DNA of 64,000 nucleotides. Origin: Tubulanus polymorphus (lineage: Eukaryota; Animalia; Nemertea). The translations under genes were made by a program, and so were the position numbers. This document shows positions 62,510-64,000 of this stretch, in pieces (positions within the stretch are counted from its first letter, which is position 1; each line of letters begins with the position of its first letter). Below the pieces are notes generated by a model. That model had not been told where the DNA came from, made no database searches, and worked only from the letters and a program-made list of their open reading frames with translations. The DNA lies in contig NC_134029.1 of the NCBI RefSeq assembly GCF_964204645.1, positions 20,020,950-20,084,949 on the forward strand, written 5' to 3'.

Positions 62510-62678
62510 CTGAATTGAATTCCGACCGGTGATTTCTGGTCGGCGTTTTTAAGTATACTGGATAGCGGCGTGGCAGGTGGCGTTACCGGTCGCGGTACGG
62601 CTGCCGGTTCGATGTTCAGATACGACGGAGGTCGCGAGCTGCGACTGGTCGTCGGCGGTGGACTGTCGTTGCTTATAC
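62510..62678 (-). CDS. OTOP: Probable otopetrin N-terminal exon (Pro/Ser-rich cytoplasmic region)
   Basis: CpG-rich like the other otopetrin exons; open frame NDSPPPTTSRSSRPPSYLNIEP...SPVGIQFR; donor AG|gtatgg phase 2 matches the exon at 52161; acceptor at either 62678 or 62671. Confidence 0.6.
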
Positions 62679-63093
62679 CTACAAACAGACCAAAAACACA
62701 TTATAGTCTATAAATCAATATCGACAACAACTACTTCAACATTCAAATCATTTTTTCTTAGGCTAGGCCTACACAGTGTCTCAGAAAAAATGCCACATAG
62801 TCAGGCAGTTCGGTGAAAAAATTGCGCCATTTAGGCGAGGAGCAGGCCTGACTGACAGTTAGGAAATTCACGCTAGCGGAAACCAAATTTCAAAGCCACA
62901 GTAAACACTGGTTTTGCTACAGATACCCAGGTTCAAGAACATGGGCTTCATTTCCATACGTAATTCGTGTTGATACGGTTTCGGGACACACATCTAGCGT
63001 TTAGCATCATATAGATATCGATATGAATCCACGATTATCATTAAAATTTGATAAATTTTTCTCTTAAAATATCTACGACAGGCTACGCCTTAC

Positions 63094-63233
63094 TCAGAAC
63101 CGGGTCGACAACTAGGGGGGATAGAACTGCTCAAGGCGGGGAATTCACTAAAATTTGTCTCCTGACGATGGTCTCTTGAAAGATTCCGCAACGTTGTGTC
63201 ATTCGTATTGATTTCTTCAGTAAGAAATTCCAT
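63094..63233 (-). CDS. OTOP: Possible first coding exon of otopetrin
   Basis: AAAATGG start at 63233, MEFLTEEINTNDTTL...RPGS; strong donor GA|gtaagg (phase 2; in frame only with the 62671 acceptor); upstream acceptor at 63341. Confidence 0.4.
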
Positions 63234-64000
63234 TTTAAATCTTTTAAATTTGTCGATACCGGGTTTTAAACTCTCCACATCAGAGTGTACCGTCTATTCT
63301 ACTTCTAATTCCCCGTTTCACATTTCAATATCCAGCCAATTCTGTGAAATATTACTGATGCTAATGCTACTACTAAAGGCTGAGTTAAATGTTAAACAGA
63401 AGCTGCGATCACAGGAAGACGATTAGTCCTGGGCCAAATTGGCACGGATCAGAATTCAAATGCAATCATTTGTCTGGAGCTTAAACTTGGCTCGGGCCTG
63501 GTACGACATTTTTGGTCGGGCCAAACGAGCTCGCACCCATTTGGCACCCGTGTGAACAGTTGAAAAATGCTCGTGTGATCGCGGCTCCAGGGTTCATAGT
63601 CTCCATGACCAGTCTCATTCCATGACTTTCAAACACCTTTTTGACTCCAATTCAATGACCCGCTTTGTTGATCAAATTGACATTAATAGATCACAATTAA
63701 CTGACTTCGACTATCAAATGTATCATTTAATATAATACTATTATATCAAAATACTTTGAAATATATTTGATACGGAAATGTTATTTTACAAACAAAATTA
63801 TTCAAATAAAAACTATCATATTTCTTCAAAAACAGTATAACCAGTATGACCAAACAGTAGGAAAATCAACGAGAAGAGTCAAGAGAACAAAAGCAGGCCA
63901 CTCATGGATCATGCTTAAAGCCTAGCGCACATCGACACTGCAATTGGAGACAACTAGTTGCTACCGAAAGGATTACCCCGCCCACATCGAAATCTAGTTA

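Overview
Eukaryotic (invertebrate animal-like, AT-rich, MITE-rich) genomic DNA with two convergent multi-exon genes. (1) On the + strand is a complete polypeptide N-acetylgalactosaminyltransferase of the GALNT10/pgant6 type (ATG 1953, 12 coding exon positions, about 626-630 aa). Two exon positions are tandemly duplicated: an internal pair (34753-34863 / 35623-35724) encoding the metal-binding His plus the catalytic flexible loop, and a terminal pair (38628-38789 / 40775-40939) encoding the gamma repeat of the ricin-B lectin domain, giving up to 4 isoforms. Hand alignment shows G-U-rich, sense-strand base pairings placed where they could control these choices. The intron between the internal pair folds into one long hairpin that brings the upstream donor to about 30 nt from the downstream branch point. 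Further pairings enclose the first terminal exon's acceptor or loop that exon out. (2) On the - strand is an otopetrin proton-channel gene (stop 48685; 5' exons at 62.5-63.3 kb less certain) with a GC-AG intron and Gln in place of the normally conserved TM6 Glu (IEY to IQY). The rest is introns and UTRs with PIF/Harbinger-, piggyBac-, hAT- and Tc1/pogo-like MITEs, HINE-like elements, a tRNA-derived SINE, palindromic Penelope-type elements carrying minimal hammerhead ribozyme motifs, and several mini/microsatellites. All calls come from manual reading; no database search or folding program was run.
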